Part shown: positions 40,763 to 55,269 of the stretch, in pieces
Layout of the letters: the number at the start of each line of letters is the position of its first letter
Position numbering within the stretch: position 1 is the stretch's first letter
Source: Octopus vulgaris
Taxonomy: Eukaryota
Length of the DNA stretch: 64,000 nt
Assembly: GCA_951406725.2 (NCBI GenBank)
Contig: OX597821.1
Location: 45,632,001 to 45,696,000 of the forward strand
Reading direction: 5' to 3'
Position numbers and translations under genes: made by a program
Notes under the pieces: generated by a model
What the model saw: only the letters and a program-made list of their open reading frames with translations
Database searches by the model: none
What the model was told of the DNA's origin: nothing

Positions 40763-41157
40763 TGTATGTACGCATGGCTGTAAGCGCGAGCGCACGCACA
40801 CACTCACACACACATATCTAATAAATAATAATCGATGCCAACGTGGCATGCGGCTGATGATGATGAAAGATGTCCAGACGCAATATAAGACCAAAAGGAA
40901 AATTTTTATATATATATAATGCCAATTGAATGAATATATATATATATATTATTCTTTTATTGTTTTACTTGCTTCGTCTTTAGTCGAACAAATTGACCCC
41001 AGGACTTATTCTTTGTAAGCCTAGTACTTATTCTATCGGTCACTTTTGCCGAACCGCTAAGTTACAGGAACATAAACACACCAGCATCGGTTGTCAAGCG
41101 ATGGTGGGGGACAAACACAGACACAGACACACACACACAGACACACAGACACACACA

Positions 41158-41196
<39 letters not shown>

Positions 41197-41804
41197 TAAT
41201 AGTAATGGTAAGACAACAAAAGAATGAAAGAGATTTCAATATTATGTAAATAGAGGAATTTATTTGTGATATAAAATGTGACAATTATTCGGTTGCTGTA
41301 ATATAACTCCGAGTTATGTCGGGGCGGAAGCCTGCATCGGCATCTCTTCAATTATCGAGACAAAATATGCTATGAAAATGACCGTTAAACAAAGGGAAAT
41401 TACTGTCTTTATTAAGACAAAAGAGCTAGTAGAATGACCGTTTGAATATAACTGTGCGCGTATGGGTATGTGCACGTGGTGTGTGTGTGTACGCTCGTAT
41501 GTGTGTGGATTTGTATACGTGTAGATGCATGGTTGCATATATATGTGCATCTATTTGGCGTATGTGTGTGTGCATGTGTGTGTGTTTCATGCGAGTCTGA
41601 GTGAGCATATACATATAGGCACATGTACGTGGATGTGCATATAGGCACATGTGCGCGCATGTGTATATATGTACATGCGCGCATACGTGATTGCTATGAG
41701 GTTATTTACTCCTTTACTTTTTCCTTTCTCCCCTTCAGTTTTTTCCCTTATTTAACGGTCATTCTAATAGCTCTTTTGTCTTATTATACCAACCGAATAA
41801 TTGT

Positions 41805-41863
<59 letters not shown>

Positions 41864-42205
41864 GACGGGCTTCTTTCAGTTTCTGTCTATCAAATCCTCA
41901 CAAGGATTTTTTGTTGGTCCGAGGCTATAGTAGAAGACACTTGCAAGGTGCCACGCAATGGGACTGAACCTGAAACCATGTGGTTGGTAAAGAGGCTACT
42001 TACCACACAGCCACTCCTGCGACTATATATATGTATATAATTTTTATATATATATAATTTTGATATATATGTAATTTTTCCTTTTGGTTTCATCATCATC
42101 ACCAACATCATTTGACGTCTATTGTCCACGTTGACATGGACGGATTGAACCCGGAACCATGTGGTTGGGAAGCAAGCTTCTTACTACAAAGCTACTCCTG
42201 TGCCT
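40236..42205. mobile_element. SINE family C copies interleaved with microsatellites
   Basis: 40236-40600 (+), 40950-41130 (-), 41862-42022 (-), 42145-42205 (-). Confidence 0.8.
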
Positions 42206-42240
<35 letters not shown>

Positions 42241-42242
<2 letters not shown>

Positions 42243-42349
42243 AGCCTGCTCGCTTAGCCGGCGGGGTGGCGTCATTCGAAGGCTAAAACAATGCGAACGC
42301 ATTGTGACCAGCGATGTGTAACATCTGATGGTCTGGTCAGTCACGTGAT

Positions 42350-42422
<73 letters not shown>

Positions 42423-42527
42423 CCTGCTCGCTTAGCCGGCGGGGTGGCGTCATTCGAAGGCTAAAACAATGCGAACGCATTGTGACCAGCGATGTGTAAC
42501 ATCTGATGGTCTGGTCAGTCACGTGAT

Positions 42528-42534
<7 letters not shown>
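42241..42534 (+). repeat. Two identical 116 bp family D units separated by (TA)n
   Basis: 42241-42356 equals 42419-42534. Each ends in the palindrome tcacgtgatcacgtga. Confidence 0.92.
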
Positions 42535-42572
<38 letters not shown>

Positions 42573-42875
42573 TGTATACATATGTACACACACGCATACA
42601 TCATAGACATGCAGCTATAGTGCATAGATATTTCTTTTTATTTAATTTGTTCTGTGATTTAAAAGACAAATGACTCTTATCAAGCATGACCGGTCATGAC
42701 TGATAAGACATATTCAGTCGAAATTACTGTAACATATCATCTGAATTAATGATGCTTATATAAATAATCAACGCTATATTCGTGTCATTTATTGAATACT
42801 TAATCGGCAAAAGAGACCGATAGGCAAGTGCTAGCCTTAAAAAAATATGACCTGAAAATTATTAAAACAAGTAAA

Positions 42876-42924
<49 letters not shown>

Positions 42925-42965
42925 CATACATACATACATACACACAGACAAACATATATACATAC

Positions 42966-43044
<79 letters not shown>

Positions 43045-43133
43045 TACCGTGAAATATAAAAATAACTTTTTTCAGTTTAGCTTGAAACTAACTTTCTTCC
43101 TACGCTTCGCTCCTTGGATCATATATATATATA

Positions 43134-43179
<46 letters not shown>

Positions 43180-43554
43180 TGTGTATGTATATATATACAC
43201 ATACATATATTTATATATATTTATATATAAGTAGACATATATAAGCATGACTACACACATGTACGGACACCCACGCTCTCTCACTTCCTCACTCTCTCTC
43301 TCCCTAACACACACATGAATTGTATTGTCTTATCATATTATATTACATATATCATCACAATTTTTATTCAGTAATAACACAACGGCCATACGAACGTGAA
43401 ACTCTAAGGAACAGATTTTGAAGATTTTGCAGATTTTGGAAGCTTATTATTCGACCTTCGGTATTCGAGTACTAATCTTTCCATATTGTTTTTTATTCAT
43501 GTGCTTACATGCGTTCATGTATGTATGTATGTATGTATGTATGTGTATATGTAT

Positions 43555-43667
<113 letters not shown>

Positions 43668-43676
43668 CTATGTATA

Positions 43677-44918
43677 TAGGGTGTACCAAAAGTCCATGCA
43701 TACATTGAATGATTATAAAGTGTCTTTATTAAAATACGTTTAATTTTTCCAAATTTAATAGAATCTATAAACAGAATTTTATTATCTTTTTATGCAATTC
43801 TGTTTTAAAACTGAACTCTGAACTAGGCATTGAGAATAACGCAAAGCAATGGAATCGCAAACCTCAAGAAACATTTTGTTCAGTATATGTGCAAATTTTG
43901 TTCAATGATTGCCCTCAATTCGTTGGCTGTTGTTGTTTTTGTATAGTAAACTCTATCTTTGAAGTAGCTCTGTAAGAATAAAAAAAATATTTACTGATGT
44001 GAAGATCTGGTGCACATGGAAGTTATTTCCCTGAGCCTTTCCGTGCAATCCACTTGATTGGCAAAATCTTCTCAAGATAGGCCGTTACATTCTACGGGGG
44101 TATCGAGTTACTTCTGTAGCTGGAAATGAAACTCCAAATTTTCAAAGCCCCTTCAAATGCTTTGCATGACAGATTGCTGCAGCAAGTTCAAGCAATCGGG
44201 ATCAGTACCAGTACCATCAAAAAAGAATGATACATTTAACCCTTCTGATAGCAAACCGCTCCATACGTTAGCTCCTGGTAAATTAACAAGATGTTCATCC
44301 GTTATATGTGGTTTCTCAGGTTCTCAGTAAGTGCAATTTTGGTGATTAATTGAACCATTTAATGTAACCTTATCACTCTAAACAATTTTTCTTGAGAAGT
44401 GTGCATCTTCTACACATCTTGCCACGTACCACTCTCAAAACTCCACATTTCGGTCCGGATCATCTGCATTGAGCGCATGGACTATTCTTGGAATACAACT
44501 CTTCGACAGACAGTGCTTCAAAATGTGTTAGGCTCTTGATTTTGAAATTCTTGTTTCACAATTTACTTGCCGTAAATATTTTTTTAACTCTGGACATACG
44601 TTTCTGGAACCTTTCTTGTTTTGTGAGGCTCGCCTTCTGGAACGGGTTTTATGGACATTCTGAGCCCCTTCATCTGATTCAAGCTTATCTCTAGTGCGTA
44701 TGATGGTAAATCGCAAGGATGGATCTGTTTGAAACTCTTTCCTGGAGTGTCTTTGTTCTTCGATAGCGTTTTCAAACTTCCAGTAGCAATTTACGATAAA
44801 TTTTCTTAGTTCACAGCTTAGTCTTCATTATTTCATCTAGGTTAAATTTAAAAAGATTAAAAAAAGTGAATTGAGTTATCAGCTGTTAAAAAAATACACA
44901 CTTTTTGGACACCCAGTG
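43677..44918 (-). mobile_element. Near full-length decayed Tc1/mariner element, DUF4817-type (DD41D/rosa-like)
   Basis: TIRs gggtgtaccaaaagt and actttttggacaccc. KFIVNCYWKFENAIEEQR...[14 protein letters not shown]...NGSINHQNC...FFFDGT. Confidence 0.85.
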
Positions 44919-45265
44919 TGTGTGTGTGTACACGCTGTCACACACATACACAATGATAGAACTCATTTCTCAATAATATGTCCGTTTTGAATTTATATCC
45001 TAATCCAGTCTGCTATTGAAATAATATCCTGCTGATATAGAGTAGAATTGGTTGTGTGGATAACACATAACAAACCTTCGCGTGAGTAATTGTCATGTGT
45101 TAAAATCTACTCCGGTTTTTCTGCTTTTTGAGTGGGACAAAATATTTTTTCATTGTCGCAGTTCACCTAACTGCCGGGAATAACAAGTCATGTGGGAATG
45201 TTAACGACAATGAAGTGGTGTATACTATCCCGGCGAGATTTAGTTCTTTTGTCAAGAAACTAGAC

Positions 45266-45474
45266 CAGTGTTTCTAAAGGTTGGAAGTGCGTTCCACTAT
45301 GGATCGTAATATTTTGGTGGAACGATTGACTTTCGAATGATGTGAATAAAACTTACAATAAAGTTTTGTATAAAACTTCTTTTGCTATATACCGTGTCCA
45401 TTCATGGTGGGGCGCATGTTTTTAGGGGAGAAATCGAAGTGGAATCGAGGTAAAAAAAAGACTAAGAAACACTA
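45266..45474. mobile_element. Old hAT (Charlie-like) MITE
   Basis: Termini cagtgtttct...agaaacacta. Left flank aactagac fits the NNCTAGAN target; right TSD is decayed. Confidence 0.5.
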
Positions 45475-45882
45475 TAGTAGCGTTATGCATTGGCTCCTCG
45501 AGCAATAGAAGACATATATTGTGCATAAATATTTTTTTAACTCTCGAAGAAACAATGGTGAATTGACAAAAATGAAAGCAAATTTACGAAAGTATTACGA
45601 AGATTAATTATAAATTTTTTACAAAATTAAGAGAAACTAGTATAAATAGATTTGTGCGTAATGTAAATCGAAAAGAGATGGGAGTTACAGTAGTGCATTC
45701 ACGTTTCAAATAGAACTTTAAATGAACGAAGTAATGTTTCAAACTTTCGAGGGTGAAATTTCGTGTGTTCGTTTTCATCACCTGCATTACTTCGGTACAG
45801 TTAAAACGCATAAGCTCAAGTCATCTTCATAGTTTCCGTCTACAAAATTTACTCGTTATTCTAAACCCTAGATATATGAGCT

Positions 45883-46217
45883 CTTTTACTCTTTTACTTG
45901 TTTCAGTCATGTGACTGTGGCCATGCTGGAGCACTGCCTTTAGTCGAGCAAATGGACCCCAGGACTTATTTTTTGTAAGCCTAATACTTATTTTATCGGT
46001 TTCTTTTGCCGAACCGCTAAGTTACGGCGACGTAAACACACCACCTTCGGTTGTCAAGCGATGTTGGGGGGACAAACACAGACACACAAACATATACACA
46101 CACACATATATATATACGACGGGCTATAGTAGAAGACACTTGCCCAAGGTGCCACATAGTGGGACTGAACCCGGAACCATGTGGTTCATAAGCAAGTTAT
46201 TTACCACACAGCCACTA
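45883..46217 (-). mobile_element. SINE family C, near full length
   Basis: Head gtggctgtgtggtaa...ccttgggcaagtgtcttc through to the tail aagtaaaagagtaaaagag. Confidence 0.9.
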
Positions 46218-46239
46218 TGTAAGTTTTTTAATATCCAGC

Positions 46240-47300
46240 GCATGGTTTCTGTTCCTTGTTCCACTTTAGCGACAATGACATGTCTTACGAAAAGGAATAC
46301 CGTGTGGAGATTTTAGACAGTTGCTGGTGGTGTGTGTGCTTGATTTATTCTACACATTGCCACAGCATGATTCATATTTTCTCTCGCAAAATAAAGGCTT
46401 ATCCTTATCTTTCTTGTTGATCATATACATTTAGTGGCTCGCTCCTGTTTTTTGGATAAATAAGGTGTTTACTTCGCGTTATGATATAAAGGCTTTAAAG
46501 GTATTCCTATCTTTCTTGTCGGTCAGATATATTTTGTAGCTAACTCTTGTTCTTGAATAAAAAAGGTATTTACTTCGCAGTAAGATATGATACATATATT
46601 GCAAGTCTGGAGAGGCTACAATTTCTCTCAATGTTTCGGAATATGTACCCATGCTTACTTTTCTGCTGTTATAATGAGTTACTATGAGTACCCTTGGCTC
46701 ACGCCTATTCAGAAGTTCTTCACCTAATTTCAAAAAGTTGCTATTTTCACACGTCATGTACTCGTCTCTCTTTATTATTCGGTAGTTGTTGTCTAAATGA
46801 TGGGTGATCTTATGCTTCTGTCTCTGTTCTCTGTTTGTAGTACATCCTGTCAGCGTCCCTGTTGATGTAGGATTACCAATCGTTGTTAATACGTATCTTG
46901 CTAATCTTTATGTTCCCAAATTAGTACTAGTACTAATACTGCGAAAGTATTGTCGGATAAGGTCGTATTGAATGTAGACAGCGTTAACTGCTATACCTTC
47001 CGCAGTCAACTGAAGTTTTCTTTTGTCATTCTAGTTTACACAACACTAACGATGTAATCTTGTCTATCCTGAGGTATTTGTAACATTCATTCCTGGATAT
47101 AGGGAGAGGACATTAACATCCAATTCCTGGTCTGGTCGACAATCTTTTTTTCTACTGACATAACATTTATCTTGATGAAACTCCTCCATTCCTATGTTCT
47201 GCGAGAATACTGTAACCAGTTCTATCTCTTGGTGCCCTGAGTATTACTTGAATACATCCACAAAAGTGTGGGTAGTATTAATTCCATCTATAACAAAAAT
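46240..47300 (-). mobile_element. Decayed R4/Dong-like (RLE) LINE RT to zinc-knuckle fragment
   Basis: FVDVFK*Y...ELVTVFSQNIGME...YKYL...NTFAV...DADRMY...HTTSNC...RHVIVAK. Confidence 0.7.
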
Positions 47301-47623
47301 TGGCCACGTTCATATGTATGTATGCATATATGTCTGTATGTATTTAAGTATGTATACATGTATGTATGTATGTATGTATGTATGTATGTATGTATGTATG
47401 TATGTATGTATGTACGTACATATGTGTGTATGTATCAATATATGTATGTGCGTAAGTACATACGTGTGTTTTCGGGAGTGCATTCAGCATGATTGACACA
47501 ATAATACGCACACGCATATCAGGAACCAGTTTAATTCTATCAAAAATTGCACAAAATTTCAGTATGATAGAATCTTTCCCCCCCCAAAAAAACAAAATCA
47601 ATATTAAAAAGGTAACGTGTGTG

Positions 47624-47686
<63 letters not shown>

Positions 47687-47706
47687 CGTGTGCGTCTGTG
47701 TGCGTA

Positions 47707-47897
47707 TGCTTAGCGGTATTTCGTCTGCCGCTACGTTCTGAGTTCAAATTGCGCCGAGGTCGACTTTGCCTTTCATCCTTTTGGGGTCGATTAAATAAGT
47801 ACCAGTTACACACTGGGGTCGATGTAATTAACTTAATCCGTTTGTCTGTTCTTGTTTGTCCCCTCTATGTTTAGCCCCTTGTGGGCAATAAAGAAAT
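47707..47897 (+). mobile_element. Young SINE A (5'-truncated)
   Basis: Core plus tail gtgggcaataaagaaata running into (TA)n. Confidence 0.9.
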
Positions 47898-48217
47898 ATA
47901 TATATATATATGCTCACACAAACACTTATGAAACGTTAAACAGGTGTATGTATTTATGAATATAAGTTTATATGTATGTGTGTATAGGTATGTGTATGAG
48001 TGTGCGTGAGTGCTCTGTTACCGCGTGCGCGCTTAACCACAATTTAGCTTTTAAACTGCATTGCAAAAATGTATTTACAAATGGCTATAATGCCTTTCAA
48101 AACAAAAGAATATATAAAACTGGTTAAAACACAAGTTAAATACATTCAGGTATGATTGTCATTCTTTCCCCCGAAATCTTTATTCGGCTGCTCCGTTTGT
48201 CTTTTCTTTCTACGCAG

Positions 48218-48339
48218 TGCTTCTAATTTGTGTCTGTGTGTTCGTTGCAGTATTAGGCTTAACCTCTGTTAGCTACTTAGTTGCCATCGTCGTATCAAAT
48301 GCCTGGCGTCAAGACAAGACCATGAGGCGATGTGGGCGT
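48218..48339 (+). CDS. Candidate internal coding exon with a transmembrane helix (unidentified membrane protein)
   Basis: Acceptor cttttctttctacgcAG|48218, donor 48339|GTGAGT. 122 nt, phase 1 to phase 0. Open frame xLLICVCVFVAVLGLTSVSYLVAIVVSNAWRQDKTMRRCGR in non-repetitive flanks. Confidence 0.55.
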
Positions 48340-49130
48340 GTGAGTTAAAGTAAATCTCCGCCTACAATTACTTTTAAATACTTATTGCCTGCCTCTTTGC
48401 CGTCACTCACTGTCAAATTACAAATCCTCCTTTGATCCACACCCTTTTCGTCTTTCGAAACCTAACGTAAACAAAGAAAATATTAAAATATTAAGTGATC
48501 ACTTATAAACACTAATAAGTCTTCCTCGCATTCCTCTGTAATGTTACTGTTTTAATAACTTACTTGCCTTCTAATATTCGGGTTCACTCTAACCTGCTTC
48601 ATAAATAAATTGAGCATAGATATGCTCAATTTAAACTGTTATTCATTTAGTTTGGTGTAATGATGATTATTTAAGCTGTTATTCATAGAGATAAGCATCA
48701 TGATATTGAATAAACTATCATTATTACTCAATCTTTTAAATGTACGTGTCCTCTATAGTAATTTCCTTTGCATTAATCCATTTTTTGTTATAAATTTTCC
48801 CAGTCATTGATAATAGAAATAATTTCAGAACAACTGCTCTGCAAAAAAGAAAAGTAAATTATCTTTGTACATGATTGATATTTTATTCATCGACCTCAGA
48901 AGAAAATGAGTATACACGGAACGTAGAGTTTAGCAAGTCATTTTGTCTCAGAAATGTCTAAAATAATTATACTACCAGCCCCATTAAAACTTCTATATAT
49001 AGCACCTGAAGTATATATTAAGTATTATATATATTATCACCGTATGATTTCGTAGTATCTCAAAAAATGTCTTTATAGTTGAATCACTATTTTAACTATT
49101 CAGCTCATGGTTTCATTCATGCTATCCAAT

Positions 49131-49241
<111 letters not shown>

Positions 49242-49584
49242 TTATGTCTGTGTATTTGTGAGTATATATGTATATGTATATGAATATTTATATGTGTGTG
49301 TGTGCGCGCGCACACTCTCTCTCTTTCTCTTTCTCTCTCTCTCACTCACACACACACACAGGCACACACAAACACATATTCACGAACAAATATATATGCA
49401 GGCACTCGTACGTTTATACATACAATATATACAAATACATGCGTCATGAAGAGAGGGGTGACAGAAAATAAGGACAAATTAAATTGACGTCAAATACGCG
49501 CGTGCACAGACATACTTTACGGACAAATTGTGAACTGCTGCTACTGTAACTTTGTAGTTATAAATCATCGTCAACATCATCATA

Positions 49585-50003
49585 TCTTCTTCTTCTTCTT
49601 CTTCTTCTTCTTCTTCTTCTTCTTCTTCTTCTTCTTCTTCTTCTTCTTCTTCTTCTTCTTCTTCTTCTTCTTCTTCTTCTTCTTCTTCGTTGGCAGAATC
49701 GTTAACGCGTCGGACAAAATGCTTAATGTTATTTCCTCAGGTTCTTCACTTCCTGAGTTCAAATTTGCCGAGGTCGACTTCGCCTTTCATCCTTTTGGGG
49801 TAGATAAGATAAGTACCAGTTGAACATTAGCGTCAATGCAATCGACTTATCCACATCCCTCAAAATTGCTGGCCTGGTGCCAAAATTTGAAACCCTTGTT
49901 TTCATCTTCACCACCACTACCACCACCACCACCACCACCACCACCACCACCACCACCACCACCACCACCACCCCGCCGCCGCCGCCGCCGCCACCACCAC
50001 CAC
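49585..50003. repeat. (TTC)n, SINE A (49690-49895, +), then (CCA)n(CCG)n compound repeat
   Basis: Direct reading. Confidence 0.9.
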
Positions 50004-51024
50004 CATTATCATCGTAAAAGATGTCAATACCCCAGTCACCTAAAATGGTTTATTAAAGTTGTTTCTAATTACACCTTCATAAAGTTGGTACTGTATTTTA
50101 AACTGAGGTCAACTCAAGTAGGCTTATGATGAAAGGCATCCCAGTCGTAACCACTCTGTTTTAAGCTTACATTTTGGACTACGTTGTCCAATGTGTCCTG
50201 TATTTAATATTGCAGAGTGCGATTTGAGGAAGATTTGGTTGTTATTTCTAGCAGGTTAAGCAACCATGTCGGAGAGTAAAAAGCAGTTATAACTTATAAA
50301 TGAATCAATCCAATTATGTTTAATCAAAATACTCTAATGCTATACATACTGACACATGTCTAATAAATACAAGTTTTGTATTAGTGTAAGCTTTGTTATT
50401 AAATGAAACTAATTTTTGATGAAACCGATTATTCAACTACTTTACCATTAAGACCATCCACCATTTCCTATTTTAGTTCATCAACACCAGAACCAATATT
50501 AACTTAAAACGGATGTAATAAACAAACATTTACAACTACATGTTTAGATTATATAAGTTAGTGTATGTGTGTATCATAAGTGTTTATTTACATGTGTATG
50601 TGTGCATGCGGGTGTGAGTGTATGTAAATGGGCATGTAGGTGCTCGAGAAACATGATTTGCCTTCTTTTATTTCACGAATCTATTTCCCGCTGAAGAAGG
50701 TGGTGCACCGACATGGACATGGGACTTGTTGGCCAAAGTAAAGTGAAGTGCTTTGATAACTTACCTTGCCAATGTATGTATGTATGTATGTATGTATGTA
50801 TGTATGTATGTATGTATGTATGTATGTATGTATGTATGTGTGTAAGTATGTATGTAAGTATGTATGTACAAGCATATATACATAATACATACACACACAC
50901 ACATATATATATATACATATACATATATATATTATATATATATATATATACATAAGTATATATGTATATGTATGCATGTATGTATTATGTATATACGCAT
51001 ATATAGGTGTGTGTGTGTATGTGA

Positions 51025-51063
<39 letters not shown>

Positions 51064-51107
51064 TATATATACTTACATACATATACACATACATACATAT
51101 ACATACA

Positions 51108-51141
<34 letters not shown>

Positions 51142-51158
51142 CATACATACATACATAC

Positions 51159-51199
<41 letters not shown>

Positions 51200-53736
51200 T
51201 GTGACATTTCAAAGTATCATTAACTGTAACATCAAATTATATACTGAACTGAAATGTTGGAAACTAAACTAAAGAACATATAAGTGAAGTTCTGCATTTA
51301 TTGCTTATAAAGTTCTGAAATTAAACACCAGAATAAATGCGAAGGAAGGACATATGTTAGATGACATTGATACTTCTGCATTTACTAATTCCTGCAATAG
51401 TTGACTGCTTTTAATAACATTAACAGCAATTATACCTATTCTATTGCTTCGTGACATTTTAACACTCAATCGAAATTTTAAGGTTATTTGTACGAGTGTG
51501 TGTATGTACGTGTGCGTTTGTGTGTGTGTTTGTGTGTGCGTGCGTGTGTATGCATGTATGAATGTGCGTTCGTAGGTTTTATGTACAAATGTACGTATCT
51601 ATGTTTGTCAACGAATGTTTATATATATGTGCGTGTGTGTATGCGCGCGCGTGTATTTAGTAGGTATGTATGTATACATGTACGCATACACACACACACT
51701 CATATATATATGTATGCATATGCCTATATATGCATGTATTCTGGATATGTGATTAAAATATATTTTTAGGTCTATTTTAAATTTTCATGGGTTTACATTT
51801 GCTATTGGTGTCTCGTTTGCATTGTTTCTCTTAATCTCTAATATAGCATCACAAGCTTCAGTGACTAATTTGGAAATTATCATTATCGAAATTACTATCA
51901 TTCATGTAAGTTGATGTAGTTTACTTATAAGTTCTACTTGTTGCTGCCAGAATACATTTTAACTCTATTTCGTTTTACAGATTAAAATTCTTTGAGTGCT
52001 TATTACTCAATTACTTACTCTTGTCAGTTTACTGTGACGACCTTCAGCAGTTGTACGCTTCTAAATAACTGGGTCACTAGAAATTATTATCTTCTCTCAT
52101 TCTCGCTTATTCATATCTTTTTTTTTATGCCTAGTTTCCTGTCAACATAATTTCGCTTTCTATTTTTTTTAAAAACTTTTTTTTATTGTATTTGTTTCCT
52201 ACTGAATACTATTCTGTCTGTTCTCGAATAGTTTTGAAGGAAACAAGTTTATCCTTTCTAGGGATAAATATAGCTGCTTTCTAGAAACAAAATAAAGTAC
52301 TGACCTGACCTCAGTTATATTATAAAAACAACAAACCTTTGTGTATACTTATACATGTATTGATTTCTTCTCTAATGCTATCTTTATATTTAAAATAAGC
52401 AATTTTATTCTACGGTGTAGAAAGTGTATTTCCGTTAAACTGCTCAAATAAAGTAGGAATATATGCAATGAGCAGGACTAAATATTTTACTTTATTAAAC
52501 CGTTTAAGTGATTAGATTTCAAATCCTGCGAGTACTGATTTTACCTGCCTTCCCTTCGAAGTTCCATAAAATAAATTCATGTAAAATTTGTGTTCCATTG
52601 CCTTCAGATCATTCCTAACATAATGTTAGGAATTATCTGTGGTATAGTAATAAAATATCTGCAAATGCATATATAACAACGATTTGATTTTCTGTTGGAA
52701 TGGCTTCACTTACAGCGTTTATAAGGAAGGCAATTAACTTCAATTTTTCGTTTTATTCCGCCACAAGTAAAGACATCCGTGCCTAATTATTCAAATCCTC
52801 AGATTCAATTAGCGTGTAATAAAGTAGGAGTAAATACATATCCTGCTGAAGAAGTTATGTTGTCTCTCTGAGGCTGAATTCACTTATCTCAAGATCAGTA
52901 TCTTATTACAAAGTTATTATTTGATAAGAATACTACATTCAAATGTGAATAGAACAGGCTATTAAATTAATTAGAATTCTCGTTTCAAGCTGTCTTATGA
53001 GTTATTTGAGATGGGAAACATAACTTACTATTAAAGAAAAAAAAAAAAAAGATCAAAGTGTATTATACCAATCTGTTAAACATTTGTCTTTAGAACTTTA
53101 AATAAAGAAGTATGCAAAAGAGATGTCTTCGAATCGAAATACATCCCCATTTATTTACATGAAGTTTTGGAGTTTGGGAAAAAGGTGGAAAAATAAGAAT
53201 CGAAGAAATTGATTAACTACAGAAAGAAAATGTCAATGAAATTAAAATAAAGTGGTTATTAAATATAAATACAGTTTATTCTCTAAAATTTTCTGTTGCA
53301 CCACACACACACACACACAAACACTCACGCAAATAACTTACTGTGAATAAAACCAAATTAATAAGTTAAAAAAATGTATTGTAAATGCACATACGAAAAA
53401 TAGACAGAGAATGGCAAGTTAATAAACATATATTAAATGCACAGACGGACGGAAAACAGACATAGAAGGTCTCCAATTTAACGATAATATTGGTTCCCAG
53501 CTAGTGGCACTTGCAAGCGCTGCAGGTAACATGGGACCGAAAACAGGCAAACAATACATGGATAACAAGCGATACAGAAGGCTTCGTCCGTCCATTAACG
53601 GACTTGTCTTGAATACATTCCCCCCCTCTCTCTCTCACACATTGTATACATACATACATACATACATACATACATACATACATACATACATACATAAACA
53701 CATGTCATTAAGCGTTCAATAGTACTATTTCCCAGA

Positions 53737-53918
53737 CGTCGAGCTGGCAGAATCGTTAGCACGCTGAGCAAAATGCTTAGCGGCACTTCGTCCGTATTTA
53801 CGTTTTAATTTCAAATTCCGTTGCGGTCGATAAAATAAGTCCCAATTGAGCACTTGTGTCGATGTAATCGACTTACCCCCACCCCCACTGAAATTTCTGG
53901 CAAAATCTGAAACCAATA
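53737..53918 (+). mobile_element. SINE family A, diverged
   Basis: cgagctggcagaatcgttagcacg...gatgtaatcgacttacccc. Confidence 0.8.
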
Positions 53919-54870
53919 TCATTTACCTTGCACTGTTGTACAATGATTATACGATTGTTTATACTCTGAGGGGAAAAAAACCGCAAGTTTAGTCACATTT
54001 GCCTCTATGTAAAGACTTGACTTGCTAGAAATAATTGTCATCCATTGGTCATATTCAACTACCTTGAAAAACGAAGGAGTATATTGAACAACGTCGTCAT
54101 AAATATATAAAGAAAAGAATGGAATATTTTTAGGTGGAAAGTCTTTGATCATAGAACTTCTTCATCAAGTATGACCTTGCCTTAAGAGTGGTAACAATCA
54201 CAAGAGCAGCAACAGCGGTACGAACGCAACAATTTTACAGAAATTGCGTAACAAATGTACCCGGTAAGAACATTAAGTGATTTAGTAAAAGGCATGAAAT
54301 CTTTATACTTTTAAAGATTGGAAGGGAAACACTGAAAAAAATCGTGCTTTTCTAACGTCATTATAAATAATAATGAAACAAAATTGCTTCAGTGACAAAG
54401 CGACACAGAATTGGTTATGTTCGACTAATATTTTGCTCTGCTAGAGATGATAAATAATTGAATAATATACTGGTCTTGCTGTGCTTAGCCAAGTAGATTA
54501 TTTATTAAAACAACTTCTACCATGCAATAATTCTTGCTTAGTATTATATAATTTCGAAGGAAAGTAAAATATTTTAATTTGAAATTTTCAAATACTGTAA
54601 CAGCTGACCTATCCCTCATACCATTGGGAGTACAGGTTCATTTAATTATCCTTTACAATTTAAGGCTAACTGTAGTTTCTTGCTTTTAGACGGAAATATA
54701 TTCGTAACATTGAAACTCATTATATAAGGAATGCAATTATTTCAAATTTAGTATTTCGTCGTACGAACATAGTTAATTTAACTTTCTTTCATATGTTTTC
54801 ATAAACATATGAAAGAAATCCTCATGGACATGTACGCATAAACACACGCACACACGCCTACACATGCGCG

Positions 54871-54929
<59 letters not shown>

Positions 54930-55269
54930 GAAAACTAATAGATGCGGAATAAAGATGGCACTATGTTTATAAATTGGAGGTGACGACGTTCAAGAACAAA
55001 GACAGGTTCAAAATGATGACAACATAAAAAAAAGATGGAAGAGGTCCTGTGAAACCTTTTATACAAATCATTTTAAAGTATTAGTGATGTTCGATCTTCC
55101 GTCGTCACAAGTGTTGGAAGAAGTGCCACTCATTTTGACTAGTGAAAAGAATGCTTCAATGCTGATGACTAGAGTTAAAGCCACAGGAAAAGAAAGTAAA
55201 ACAACGGAAATGCTAATGAGTGGAGGAGAGCGGCTATGTAGAGATATATGAGAACATGTCTGTAGAGTT

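Noticed and set aside
41280-41352. Hammerhead-like remnant on minus (UUGAAGA...CGAAUAAUUGUC)
   Set aside because: Both core halves deviate and no stem I is evident.
48290-48348. Insulin-like B chain (RRCGR)
   Set aside because: A donor or stop follows immediately, there is no second B-chain Cys, and the hydrophobic run looks more like a TM helix.
49485-49492. Perfect CRE palindrome TGACGTCA
   Set aside because: A single 8-mer is expected by chance in 64 kb.
53919-54152. Minus-strand 77 aa ORF with an AG|GTAAAT donor
   Set aside because: No recognisable motif, and the donor lies at a SINE edge.
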